The translations under genes were made by a program, and so were the position numbers. Positions 53,535 through 62,016 of a DNA stretch of 64,000 nucleotides are shown here, piece by piece (the stretch's first letter is position 1; each line of letters opens with the position of its first letter). The notes below the pieces were generated by a model. That model made no database searches. It was not told where the DNA came from and saw only the letters and a program-made list of their open reading frames with translations. The stretch is from an uncultured Candidatus Saccharibacteria bacterium (GTDB taxonomy: Bacteria > Patescibacteriota > Saccharimonadia > Saccharimonadales > 2-12-FULL-41-12). The stretch spans positions 21,108-85,107 of the forward strand of contig CAZFPJ010000002.1 in assembly GCA_964521095.1 (NCBI GenBank), given 5' to 3'.

Positions 53535-54801
53535 ATTGTTGACGAGCCCATTGGTCAAGACTGCCACCTCCACCACCAGAGACGCAAACTACTAGGTCCC
53601 CCTGGTCTGCATGGTTTTGGATAGCAGTTTTTAGGTTTTCATCTAGTTGGTGTGGTTCTGCAATATTTTTGTTGGCCATATTTTGGATTAGTTCTTCTGG
53701 TGACAGAACAGGCTGATTTGGGTCTTCACGAGTTAAGTAGCTGGGCACCCAGTAAAGCTTGTCGACACCTTTAAATAAATCACGGTAAGTTTCTCTTATA
53801 AAATACTGACGCTTGTTGGTTAGTGGCTCATAAACTATCACTACTCTGCTAGATATCTCTTGGGCCATTTCTAGGCAGCCAGCAATTTTTTCTGGGGTGT
53901 GAGCATAATCGGTGTAGATGTTGTTGGCTAGTTTTTCGAACCGTCTAGATACACCAGGGAACTGATTTAAAAGAGGGGTTAGTTCTGCGTTGGTTTTGCC
54001 GGTAATTTTGCTAACTCCGTTAATGGCTAGGGTGCCGTCTAGTTTATTGACATTTCCAGGCAGGCTAACACCCTTTGTAATGCCAGATAGAGTTTGCAGA
54101 CTATTTGGATTGACCTCAATTAATTTAGGGGCGTCTTCTTCCCAAGATATAGTTGAGGCGCTTTGTTTTACGAAATCAACGAACGCCTCTATATAATCGC
54201 TTTCTGTCGGGAATATATCGTGGTGATCATAGGCAATTCCGGTGATAAGACTAAGGTGAGGAGTAAAAGCCAGGAAATTCCGATCGTATTCGTCGCACTC
54301 GTAGATAAAGTATTCGCTTGCAGGGTGAAAATAACCCATCTCACCAAAGCTAATTTTGGCGCCAACCGAGTAACTTATAGGCACCCTGAGTTGTTTCATG
54401 AGCCAGATAACCATGGCTGTAGTAGTGGTTTTGCCATGCGTCCCGGCAATGGCTATGAGTTTTAGATTGTGATCTTTAATAATCTTGTTGAGTAGCTCGT
54501 CGCGTTTGCTGAGGTGTATACCAGACTCTTTGGCAAAGACAATCTCTGGGTGGTTGGGATCTTCAATGCTAACAGCAGAAGAATGCACCAACCAATCTAT
54601 AGGGTTTGCTTGGTGTATTTTTGCAATACTAGCCTTGTTTTGGCCGATATGAATATTGGTGAGGCCCTGGGTCTTTAGATAATCAATATAGTCAGAATTT
54701 TGTTTGTCAGAGCCGGACACGGTATAGCCAGCCTGATGAGCAATCAGGGCTAGTGGTCCAATAGCGGTACCGCCAACTCCAGAAAAATATATATGCATCA
54801 C
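53527..54801 (-). CDS. Mur ligase family protein (MurC/Mpl-like)
   Basis: 424 aa with IYFSGVGGTAIGPLA, IAGTHGKTTTTAM, and ECDEYDRNF..IAYDHHDIF. It is not flanked by dcw genes. Confidence 0.78.
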   Translation of the reverse strand: MMHIYFSGVGGTAIGPLALIAHQAGYTVSGSDKQNSDYIDYLKTQGLTNIHIGQNKASIAKIHQANPIDWLVHSSAVSIEDPNHPEIVFAKESGIHLSKRDELLNKIIKDHNLKLIAIAGTHGKTTTTAMVIWLMKQLRVPISYSVGAKISFGEMGYFHPASEYFIYECDEYDRNFLAFTPHLSLITGIAYDHHDIFPTESDYIEAFVDFVKQSASTISWEEDAPKLIEVNPNSLQTLSGITKGVSLPGNVNKLDGTLAINGVSKITGKTNAELTPLLNQFPGVSRRFEKLANNIYTDYAHTPEKIAGCLEMAQEISSRVVIVYEPLTNKRQYFIRETYRDLFKGVDKLYWVPSYLTREDPNQPVLSPEELIQNMANKNIAEPHQLDENLKTAIQNHADQGDLVVCVSGGGGGSLDQWARQQFS

Positions 54802-54842
54802 CTTTTAGTTTAATCTAATCTGGCAATTAAGGGTACAATAAA

Positions 54843-55460
54843 GTGTATAAGCTTATGAATAAACGAAGAATTCGCAACTATTATCGTCAATTCCACATCA
54901 TCCCTGCCTGGTATTTTTTGGTAGCCAGCCTGCTTTGTCTGATGATTGGTGTTTACGGGCTACGACAAAATAACCTCAAAATGGTAGAGCTCAGAAAGGC
55001 TGTAATAACGGCCGACGAGAGCAATGGAGATGTCGAGACGGCGCTAAATAACCTGCGAGAGTATGTTTATGCCCATATGAATACAGATCTATCTGGGGGG
55101 AATAATGCTATAAAGCCACCAATTCAGCTAAAAGGTAGGTATGATAGATTGCTGTCCGAAGAGAATATAAGGGTTAAAGCCCAGAATGATCAGGTCCAAA
55201 AACGAGCGGAGGCAATTTGTACTGCACAGTTTCCTGCATCGGGCTATAACAGTCCCAGAGTGTCTTGTGTGCAGAATTATGTAGCTACAAACGCCGTTAA
55301 GACAGGAGAGGTACCAGCAGATCTGTATAAGTTTGATTTTGTTAGTCCACGATGGTCACCAGATCTTGCTGGCTTTGGGCTATTCTTTAGTGTTGGGTTT
55401 TTTGTGCTCTTTGTCTTGAGATTTAGCGTAGAGCGGTGGTTTATAGCTAGGATAAATTAA
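54843..55460 (+). CDS. Hypothetical membrane protein (N- and C-terminal TM helices)
   Basis: 205-aa ORF with a GTG start, followed by a strong terminator. Confidence 0.5.
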   Translation: MYKLMNKRRIRNYYRQFHIIPAWYFLVASLLCLMIGVYGLRQNNLKMVELRKAVITADESNGDVETALNNLREYVYAHMNTDLSGGNNAIKPPIQLKGRYDRLLSEENIRVKAQNDQVQKRAEAICTAQFPASGYNSPRVSCVQNYVATNAVKTGEVPADLYKFDFVSPRWSPDLAGFGLFFSVGFFVLFVLRFSVERWFIARIN

Positions 55461-55494
55461 AAAACTCTCCTTAAATAATCAAGGAGAGTTTTTT
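55461..55494. terminator. Bidirectional rho-independent terminator
   Basis: AAAACTCTCCTT (55461-55472), an 8-nt loop, then AAGGAGAGTTTT (55481-55492), followed by a T-run to 55494. It lies between convergent genes. Confidence 0.78.
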
Positions 55495-55511
55495 GGCCGA
55501 TCAACAAACTA

Positions 55512-56234
55512 CTAACGAGCAGGAGTCGTTGTTGGGGTTGTGACTGTAGGAGTCGGGGTATTGTTGTTTGTTGTTGGGGTGCTTGGCGTAGTGTTGCTAC
55601 TAGTGTTGTTGGTACCAGTAGTGCTGTTGTTTGACTTCACAGAAGAGTCGCTTGAGCTTGAGTTAGTTGCACCAGTTTGTTGACACTTCTGCCCGTTTGG
55701 ATTGGCTTTGACAAATTCTGCCACTGCTTTGGCAACTTGGCCATCGCCCTTTAGGTTCTCCCAGAAAGTTATCTGGTCGCGGTTAACTATCATGGTGTCT
55801 TGGGGGCCGTGTAGCTCACAGCCTAGCTTTGCTAGAGACACATCGTTTTGGTTAGTCTGTTGCTGTTGCCCTGGTTGCACTTGTTGGTTAACGCGCAAAT
55901 AGTAGACATTTGTTAGTTTTAGGTATTCGCTGTTCAGTGTCTTTATGTTGCCAAAGTAGACCTGCCCGTTGTTAAGGAATACTGCCTGCATTTGGCCTTT
56001 GTCTATGTTTTTGCTTTCCTGGTGGTTTCTGCTAGTAGCAAGAGAAACTAGTGTTGCTACTACAAGAATTGTTACGGAGAAGAGAAGGACTATGTAGACA
56101 ATGCCTAGTACGCGCCCCGGCTTTTTAAATTTTAAGCGTCTGCTTTTTTTGGGCCCCTTAGCATCCATAGATGGAGCAGGAGGCTGTGGTGTCTCTGACT
56201 GCATAGGTCGAGCACTTCGATTTGTAAAATCCAT
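55512..56234 (-). CDS. N-terminally anchored exported protein with S/T/N-rich C-terminal tail (unknown function)
   Basis: 240 aa with the TM helix VLGIVYIVLLFSVTILVVATLV. The tail reads SSSSDSSVKSNNSTTGTNNTSSNTTPSTPTTNNNTPTPTVTTPTTTP. Confidence 0.55.
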   Translation of the reverse strand: MDFTNRSARPMQSETPQPPAPSMDAKGPKKSRRLKFKKPGRVLGIVYIVLLFSVTILVVATLVSLATSRNHQESKNIDKGQMQAVFLNNGQVYFGNIKTLNSEYLKLTNVYYLRVNQQVQPGQQQQTNQNDVSLAKLGCELHGPQDTMIVNRDQITFWENLKGDGQVAKAVAEFVKANPNGQKCQQTGATNSSSSDSSVKSNNSTTGTNNTSSNTTPSTPTTNNNTPTPTVTTPTTTPAR

Positions 56235-56415
56235 ATTAAAAATAACCCCTGTTTTATATATTAGTTACAAGAAGTAGTGTAATACATAAGCGTATTGTTG
56301 TGCAACCAGAGAAGCTCCTTTTTGGCCGTTGTGATTTTTAAAAGGTGTTGACAAGTAAAAACCCCTCGGAGTATGGTAGGGATACCATTAGTTAATCTAA
56401 TAAAAGGGAGATGTA

Positions 56416-56613
56416 ATGGCTTACAAGCACACAAATAGCAAGGGTGTAACATATTACCTAAACTCAAAGGATGTTGTTCTTCGAGGTGGTAAGAAGCAAA
56501 CTATTTACTACTTTAGCAAGGACGAGCGAAAAGACACTGCTACTGAATTGCCAAGTGGATTTAGCGTAAACGAAAACCCACGAAACGGTTTTCTTACAGT
56601 AAAGCGAAGCTAG
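56416..56613 (+). CDS. Small basic conserved-looking protein (65 aa, unknown function)
   Basis: The upstream promoter is TTGACA, an 18-nt spacer, then TATGGT. An SD AAGGGAG is present and a terminator follows. Confidence 0.5.
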   Translation: MAYKHTNSKGVTYYLNSKDVVLRGGKKQTIYYFSKDERKDTATELPSGFSVNENPRNGFLTVKRS

Positions 56614-56631
56614 TAATAACTTTAGCGAACC

Positions 56632-56665
56632 AAAAAGTACCTTTCTTTGCAGAGAGGTACTTTTT
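56632..56665 (+). terminator. Rho-independent terminator
   Basis: A 15-bp stem pairs AAAAAGTACCTTTCT with AGAGAGGTACTTTTT (one G-U pair) around the loop TTGC. The 3' arm ends in T5. Confidence 0.7.
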
Positions 56666-56688
56666 GCTCTCAGAGCTACATAAATTTT

Positions 56689-57447
56689 ATGAATAAAACT
56701 ATAGTAAAAGTCAGTAAACTGACAAAAAAATATGGATCCAAGAAGGTGGTTAAAGGTATTAGCTTTGAGGTTGGAGAGGGTGAGATATTTGGAATCCTTG
56801 GACCAAATGGTGCTGGCAAGACTACTACGCTAGAGATGATAGAGGCTCTTCGTCCCATAGACGGAGGAGTGGCATCTATAGACGGTGTAGATGTATCAAA
56901 AAATCCAGACACAATAAAGAGTTTAATCGGTGTTCAGCCTCAAACACCATCTTTTGAGGAAAAGACTAAGTTGACCGAACTTATTCAATTCTTTTCGTCG
57001 ACCTATGGCGAAAAAGTGGATGCCATGAAATTTTTAAGAGATGTCCAGTTGTCCGAAAAGGCAGATAGCTATCCAGAGCAACTCTCTGGCGGACAAAGGC
57101 AGAGATTCTCGATAGCGGCAGCCTTGGTGCATGGTCCGAAAGTGTTCTTTCTGGACGAGCCAACTACCGGCTTGGATCCTCAGGCTAGGCGTAATTTGTG
57201 GGGACTTATTAGAGCCGTCCAAAAACGAGGGGTAACAGTTATTATGACGACCCACTACATGGATGAAGCAGAGCTACTTTGCGACAGAGTAGCCGTGATG
57301 GATGAGGGGAAGATTATTGCTCTTGATACTCCAAAGAATTTAATAAAGACGCTTCTAAAGAAGGGTTTCAAGAAAGAACAGCACGTTGAACAAGCTAATC
57401 TAGAAGATGTTTTCATAGACCTGACAGGAAAGGCCTTGAGGGATTAA
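56689..57447 (+). CDS. ABC transporter ATP-binding protein (ABC-2 / DrrA-like exporter)
   Basis: Walker A GPNGAGKTT, signature LSGGQRQR and Walker B FFLDEPTTGLD. The start ATG 56689 is preferred because the track's TTG 56647 lies inside the terminator. Confidence 0.9.
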   Translation: MNKTIVKVSKLTKKYGSKKVVKGISFEVGEGEIFGILGPNGAGKTTTLEMIEALRPIDGGVASIDGVDVSKNPDTIKSLIGVQPQTPSFEEKTKLTELIQFFSSTYGEKVDAMKFLRDVQLSEKADSYPEQLSGGQRQRFSIAAALVHGPKVFFLDEPTTGLDPQARRNLWGLIRAVQKRGVTVIMTTHYMDEAELLCDRVAVMDEGKIIALDTPKNLIKTLLKKGFKKEQHVEQANLEDVFIDLTGKALRD

Positions 57448-58560
57448 ATGGAAAATTTAAAACGCAATATATTGCCAATAACTACCTTTGTTAGGATAGA
57501 CATAAAACGGCTATTTCGAGACAAAGTTGCTATTTTCTTTGTATTTTTCTTTCCGTTAATTTTTTTATTAATTTTTGGCAGTATTTTTAAGGGCGATGGC
57601 GATGTGTCTTTTCGTGTCGCTTTAATTAACCAGTCCAGCACCGAGACTTCAAAGAATTTTGAAGAGCAGATTAAGGGTATGAAGGCTATGAAGGTGGACG
57701 ACCAAGTAACGACACTTGATCAGGCAAAAGAAAAGATGAATCGTAGTCAGCTTGATGCAACCATTATTTTGCCAGATGATTTTGGGGATAAAAAAGACGG
57801 TCTGCCAAGTGGACAGGCAATCGTTACTTATGATCAAAACAACGAACAAGCCGGACAGACATTAGGAACGGTCTTGAGTGGAGTTTTTAAAGAGGCTAAT
57901 AGTAAGATTGCGCCATCTCCAGAACCATTTACGGTCAAGGCCGAGTCTACTGGATCAAAAGGATTAACAAGATTTGACTACACCTTTTCTGGTATTTTGG
58001 GCTTTACCTTGATGTCGCTTGGTATTTTTGGTCCAACGCAGGTGTTTCCAAGGCTAAAACAGAGGGGGGTTTTGCGACGCTATCAGACGACAACACTCAA
58101 GGTCTGGCAGTATTTTTTGGGTAATGTACTCTCTAATGCAATGATAGGTCTGCTGGCCGTATCCATGATGTTTGCAAGCGCTGTAGTGGTGTTTGATCTA
58201 GCTATGAGAGGTAATTATTTTAACTTGGGCGTAGTGGTGGTGCTGGGGACTATGCTCTTGTTTGGGATTGGTTTGGCTATTGGAGGGTGGGCTAAAAACG
58301 AGAATCAGGCAGCTCCGCTTGCACAGCTAGTAACTCTGCCTATGATGTTCTTGAGTGGAGTATTCTTTCCAACTTTTATGATGCCAGAGTTCTTGCAGAG
58401 TATTACCAAATTCATCCCTTTGACGCCAATCATAGATTCGGTGAGGATGGTGATAACTGAGAATGCTAGCTTAATTGACTTGGCCCCGCAGATGGGGATA
58501 ATGCTAGGCTGGCTGGTGGTTACTTATACTATAGCTTTTAAAGTGTTTAGGTGGGAGTAG
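57448..58560 (+). CDS. ABC-2 family transporter permease
   Basis: 370 aa with an N-terminal TM helix, a large loop and 5 C-terminal TM helices. It abuts the ATPase stop. Confidence 0.85.
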   Translation: MENLKRNILPITTFVRIDIKRLFRDKVAIFFVFFFPLIFLLIFGSIFKGDGDVSFRVALINQSSTETSKNFEEQIKGMKAMKVDDQVTTLDQAKEKMNRSQLDATIILPDDFGDKKDGLPSGQAIVTYDQNNEQAGQTLGTVLSGVFKEANSKIAPSPEPFTVKAESTGSKGLTRFDYTFSGILGFTLMSLGIFGPTQVFPRLKQRGVLRRYQTTTLKVWQYFLGNVLSNAMIGLLAVSMMFASAVVVFDLAMRGNYFNLGVVVVLGTMLLFGIGLAIGGWAKNENQAAPLAQLVTLPMMFLSGVFFPTFMMPEFLQSITKFIPLTPIIDSVRMVITENASLIDLAPQMGIMLGWLVVTYTIAFKVFRWE

Positions 58561-58578
58561 GTTTGGTATAGTAGGTCT

Positions 58579-58974
58579 ATGCAAGAGGACTCGATATTTA
58601 CTCGTATTGTTAAGGGCGAAGTTCCGTGCAATAAAGTTTATGAAGACGAATTGACGCTGGCTTTCCTTGACATTAATCCAGTGCAACCTGGACACACCCT
58701 GGTTATACCTAAAAAGCAGGTAGAATTTGTTTGGGACTTAGACGACATTACCTATCAGGCGTTAATGGCCACTTCTAAAAAGGTGGCTACACGGGTTAAA
58801 GAAGTTCTACGGCCTGCCTATGTGGGCGAGCAAATTGTTGGTGTCGATGTGCCACATGCTCATGTGCATATAATTCCATTTTCTAGCGTAGCAGAGTTCC
58901 GCAATCTGCCAGATAAGGCCACTGAACCAGATTTTGCGACGCTGGCCAAGATGGCCAAGAAACTTGCTTTTTAG
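58579..58974 (+). CDS. HIT-family nucleotide hydrolase/transferase
   Basis: DSIFTRIVKGEVPCNKVYEDE and the histidine triad HAHVHIIP. Confidence 0.9.
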   Translation: MQEDSIFTRIVKGEVPCNKVYEDELTLAFLDINPVQPGHTLVIPKKQVEFVWDLDDITYQALMATSKKVATRVKEVLRPAYVGEQIVGVDVPHAHVHIIPFSSVAEFRNLPDKATEPDFATLAKMAKKLAF

Positions 58975-58980
58975 CCACTT

Positions 58981-59937
58981 ATGAAAAACTACTTAGATGA
59001 ACTGCCGAAGCCTTTTTTAGCCCTAGCTCCGCTTGACGATGTTACAGACACAGTATTTCGCCAAGTTATAGTGGACTGCGCTCCGCCCGACTTGCTGTTT
59101 ACAGAGTTTACCAATGTTGACGCACTGCAAAGCCCCGGCCGAGCCAATACACTCAAGAGACTACAGTACACCCAAAAAGAACAGCCATTAATTGCCCAAA
59201 TCTGGGGTAAAAAGCCAGAGAATTTTTACAAAACAGCACAAGAGCTAGTAGAGATGGGTTTTGTTGGGGTGGACTTGAACATGGGTTGTCCCGACAAAGC
59301 AGTCGTAAAGAATGGTTGTGGCGGAGGGTTAATTCAAAATAAAGAGTTAGCAAGTGAGATTATTCAGGCAACACAGGAGGGCGTTGCTGGCAAAATACCA
59401 GTTAGCGTAAAAACTCGGCTCGGTTTTAAACAATACGATCCGGATTGGCTCGAGCATATTTTCTCGCATAAGCTCAACATGCTAAGTATTCATCTGCGTA
59501 CGGTCAAAGAAATGTCATTAGTGCCGGCTCGTTGGGAGCTGGCTAGCGAGGTACGAAAACTCCGAGACGCTATATCTCCAGACACGGCACTTGTTGGTAA
59601 TGGCGATGTTGCGAGTTATGCGCAGGCTCAAGACTTAGTCACAAAATATAGATACGATGGCATTATGATTGGACGAGGAGTCTTTCGTGATCCGTTTATT
59701 TTTAGCATTAATTCGCCGTGGGAATCATATTCTAAAAATCAAAAGTTAGACTTGTACCAAAAACATATCGAACTTTTTATGGCTACTTGGCAGGGCGAGC
59801 GAAAACTCCATACGCTTAATAAATTTTGCAAAATTTATGTCAATGACTTTGCTGGGTCAAAGCAATTACGAGATAAGCTTATGCACGCTACTTCAGCCGA
59901 GGAACTGTTGGACTTACTTCGGTCTGCGAAAGATTAG
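58981..59937 (+). CDS. dus: tRNA-dihydrouridine synthase
   Basis: LAPLDDVTDTVFR, VDLNMGCP, and VKTRLG. Confidence 0.88.
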   Translation: MKNYLDELPKPFLALAPLDDVTDTVFRQVIVDCAPPDLLFTEFTNVDALQSPGRANTLKRLQYTQKEQPLIAQIWGKKPENFYKTAQELVEMGFVGVDLNMGCPDKAVVKNGCGGGLIQNKELASEIIQATQEGVAGKIPVSVKTRLGFKQYDPDWLEHIFSHKLNMLSIHLRTVKEMSLVPARWELASEVRKLRDAISPDTALVGNGDVASYAQAQDLVTKYRYDGIMIGRGVFRDPFIFSINSPWESYSKNQKLDLYQKHIELFMATWQGERKLHTLNKFCKIYVNDFAGSKQLRDKLMHATSAEELLDLLRSAKD

Positions 59938-60251
59938 GCAGGATATTTAGCGCCCCATTTTGCCATTTGGGCCAAGACTTTTTGTAGATCTTCGCCTTTT
60001 TTGGTTAGTTCGTATTCAAAGCGGGGAGGTTTTTGGCAGTAACACTTCTTTTTGATAATCTCTTCGCTTTCTAGCATGTCGATGCGCTGACTGAGCGTCC
60101 TAGGGCTAATGCCAGGCAACGAGGCCTCTAGCGAAGAAAAGGTAGCAGGAGATTTTGAAAGATCTCTAATAATTAACGAAGTCCATCTGTCGCCCAATAC
60201 CTGAAGTGTGCGCTGTATGCATCCGGGTTTGGACTCTAGCTGTTTAGACAT
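59934..60251 (-). CDS. HxlR-family winged-helix transcriptional regulator
   Basis: CIQRTLQVLGDRWTSLIIRDL...ISPRTLSQRIDMLESEEII...YELTKKG. Confidence 0.85.
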   Translation of the reverse strand: MSKQLESKPGCIQRTLQVLGDRWTSLIIRDLSKSPATFSSLEASLPGISPRTLSQRIDMLESEEIIKKKCYCQKPPRFEYELTKKGEDLQKVLAQMAKWGAKYPA

Positions 60252-60282
60252 AACGGTATTTTAACACAAATACTTTACAAAA

Positions 60283-60299
60283 TATAGTTAGTAACTATA
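60283..60299. promoter_or_regulatory. Palindrome TATAGTTA-G-TAACTATA in the HxlR/FMN-reductase divergent region (putative operator)
   Basis: Perfect 8-bp inverted arms around one central base, located between divergent genes. Confidence 0.4.
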
Positions 60300-60331
60300 C
60301 TTAATAAAGTAACAAATAAAAAGGAGACACA

Positions 60332-60895
60332 ATGACACTAAAAATAGCTATCATTACAGCCAGTACCCGGGATGCGCGAGTTGGCAAAAATATTACAGAT
60401 TGGTTTTACGGACAAGTTAAGGGCGCGCCAGACATAGAATTTGAGATTATAGATCTACAACAAGAAAACCTACCATTCCTTAATGAGCCAAAGTCGCCTG
60501 CGCAGGGGGACTATGCTCTAGAGTCGACAAAAAAATGGTCTGAGAAGATAAGTAAATACGATGGATTTGTGTTCGTTACTCCAGAATACAACCATGGTTA
60601 TCCGGCTACGCTTAAAAATGCCATCGACACGCTTTATGCTGAGTGGCAGAAAAAGCCGGTGGCTTTTGTTGGCTATGGAGTTTTAGGAGCCCCAAGATCA
60701 ATCGAACAGCTGATACAGGTTACCTCACAAATTGGCATGGTGCCGTTGGGTAGTAAAGCAATGCACATTATAGAATCTTACAAGGCTATAGACGAAAATG
60801 GAGACATGAACCAAGCTCACGCCAAGGGGGCTAGTCCCGAAAATCTAGTCAAAGAACTCATCTGGTGGGTCAGGTTATTGAAGCCAATTAGGTGA
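60332..60895 (+). CDS. NAD(P)H-dependent FMN reductase-family oxidoreductase
   Basis: IAIITASTRDARVG and FVTPEYNHGYPATLKNAID. Confidence 0.85.
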   Translation: MTLKIAIITASTRDARVGKNITDWFYGQVKGAPDIEFEIIDLQQENLPFLNEPKSPAQGDYALESTKKWSEKISKYDGFVFVTPEYNHGYPATLKNAIDTLYAEWQKKPVAFVGYGVLGAPRSIEQLIQVTSQIGMVPLGSKAMHIIESYKAIDENGDMNQAHAKGASPENLVKELIWWVRLLKPIR

Positions 60896-60922
60896 TGTCC
60901 TTAGGTGATCTTATAAAACGAA

Positions 60923-60948
60923 CATCGCCCTTTCGGGCGACGCTTTTG
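60923..60948 (+). terminator. Possible weak rho-independent terminator
   Basis: TCGCCC (60925-60930), the loop TTTC, then GGGCGA (60935-60940), followed by CGCTTTT. Confidence 0.4.
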
Positions 60949-60962
60949 GATATAGTCTAGTT

Positions 60963-61038
60963 TGGTGGGGCAGGCAGGATTTGAACCTGCGACCAATCGG
61001 TTATGAGCCGACTGCTCTAACCCCTGAGCTACTGCCCC
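60963..61038 (-). tRNA. tRNA with CAU anticodon (elongator Met, or Ile2 if lysidine-modified), CCA encoded
   Basis: The reverse complement GGGGCAGTAGCTCAGGGGTTAGAGCAGTCGGCTCATAACCGATTGGTCGCAGGTTCAAATCCTGCCTGCCCCACCA folds into a full cloverleaf with 7/4/5/5-bp stems and a TTCAAAT T-loop. The G1-C72 pair argues against an initiator tRNA. Confidence 0.9.
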
Positions 61039-61141
61039 ATAGATAATTTTCTAGGTCTCACTAGGGATATATAACAGATATGAGTATACCAGAGGACACA
61101 GTAAAATGTTAGGAGAAGTTGTATAATAGTTATACATTATT

Positions 61142-61591
61142 ATGCTTCCAGAAATAGACACCGATAAATATTACAAAAAAATCCGACCTTTCTTTGAGGT
61201 TAGGGTTGTTGGGCTGATTATATTTGCGACAATTATTTTGCTGGTTACATGGAGCGGAGTTAAGGTGCTTCAGACAAATTATGAGCTAGAAAAAAAGATG
61301 GCAGAGTTGAGCCATCGAAACAATATCCAAAAGCTAGAAAATGAGAATCTAAAACTAGAGAATTCGTATTATGAGTCCGATCAATACCTAGAATTAACCG
61401 CTCGCAGGCAGTTTAACAAAGCCCTGCCAGGCGAAAGAGTTTATATCGTGCCACAGTCGGTCGCTATGAACAAGACTATCGATGCGCCTAAAGACCAAGC
61501 GTCCAAAGAACAGTCAAAAGATGCAAAAAACAGATACAACCAGAATATTGATGACTGGATAGATTTCTTATTTCACAGGGGTAAGTCTTGA
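61142..61591 (+). CDS. Septum formation initiator family protein (FtsB/DivIC-like)
   Basis: One TM helix, then the coiled coil LEKKMAELSHRNNIQKLENENLKLENS and YLELTARRQFNKALPGERVY. Confidence 0.72.
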   Translation: MLPEIDTDKYYKKIRPFFEVRVVGLIIFATIILLVTWSGVKVLQTNYELEKKMAELSHRNNIQKLENENLKLENSYYESDQYLELTARRQFNKALPGERVYIVPQSVAMNKTIDAPKDQASKEQSKDAKNRYNQNIDDWIDFLFHRGKS

Positions 61592-61613
61592 TAAAAGTTG
61601 ACAGGATGTATAT

Positions 61614-61940
61614 ATGAAAAAGGCTAAAAAAGCTTGGCGAGCAACTCCTTCAAAGGTGCGTAAACCGGTAACCTTACTTATTGGTTTATTGTTTGTTGTA
61701 GGGGCTGGGCTGACTGGCTGGCTTCCGGGGCCAGGAGGCATCCCCCTCTTTTTAATAGGTATTGCCATATTGGCAACAGAGTTTGAATGGGCAGAGCGGT
61801 TGCGCGACTGGTTTTTGGAAAAGCTAAAAATAGCGGCCAAATTATACAAAGAACACAGAGCTCTTGGGACTGTTCTGGTGGTTTTGGCGATAACTGTCGC
61901 TGTATTCACTTCGTACAGCATTTACAGGAGAGTTTTCTGA
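61614..61940 (+). CDS. PGPGW-motif small membrane protein
   Basis: The sequence GWLPGPGGIPLFLIGIAILATEFEWA is present. Confidence 0.6.
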   Translation: MKKAKKAWRATPSKVRKPVTLLIGLLFVVGAGLTGWLPGPGGIPLFLIGIAILATEFEWAERLRDWFLEKLKIAAKLYKEHRALGTVLVVLAITVAVFTSYSIYRRVF

Positions 61941-62016
61941 GAACGACGCTTATCAATACTATTGTTTTTTGTTAGTATAAAACAAGCATTATGCAAAAAT
62001 TAAAAACCGTTTACCC

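Noticed and set aside
56647-56688. The TTG start of the ABC ATPase given in the ORF track.
   Set aside because: It lies inside the 15-bp terminator stem of the preceding gene. ATG 56689 (MNKTIVKVSKL) is the conventional start.
60963-61141. The tRNA as an integration hotspot for a genomic island.
   Set aside because: There is no adjacent integrase and I saw no duplicated copy of the tRNA 3' end in the window. The flanking genes are ordinary housekeeping genes.
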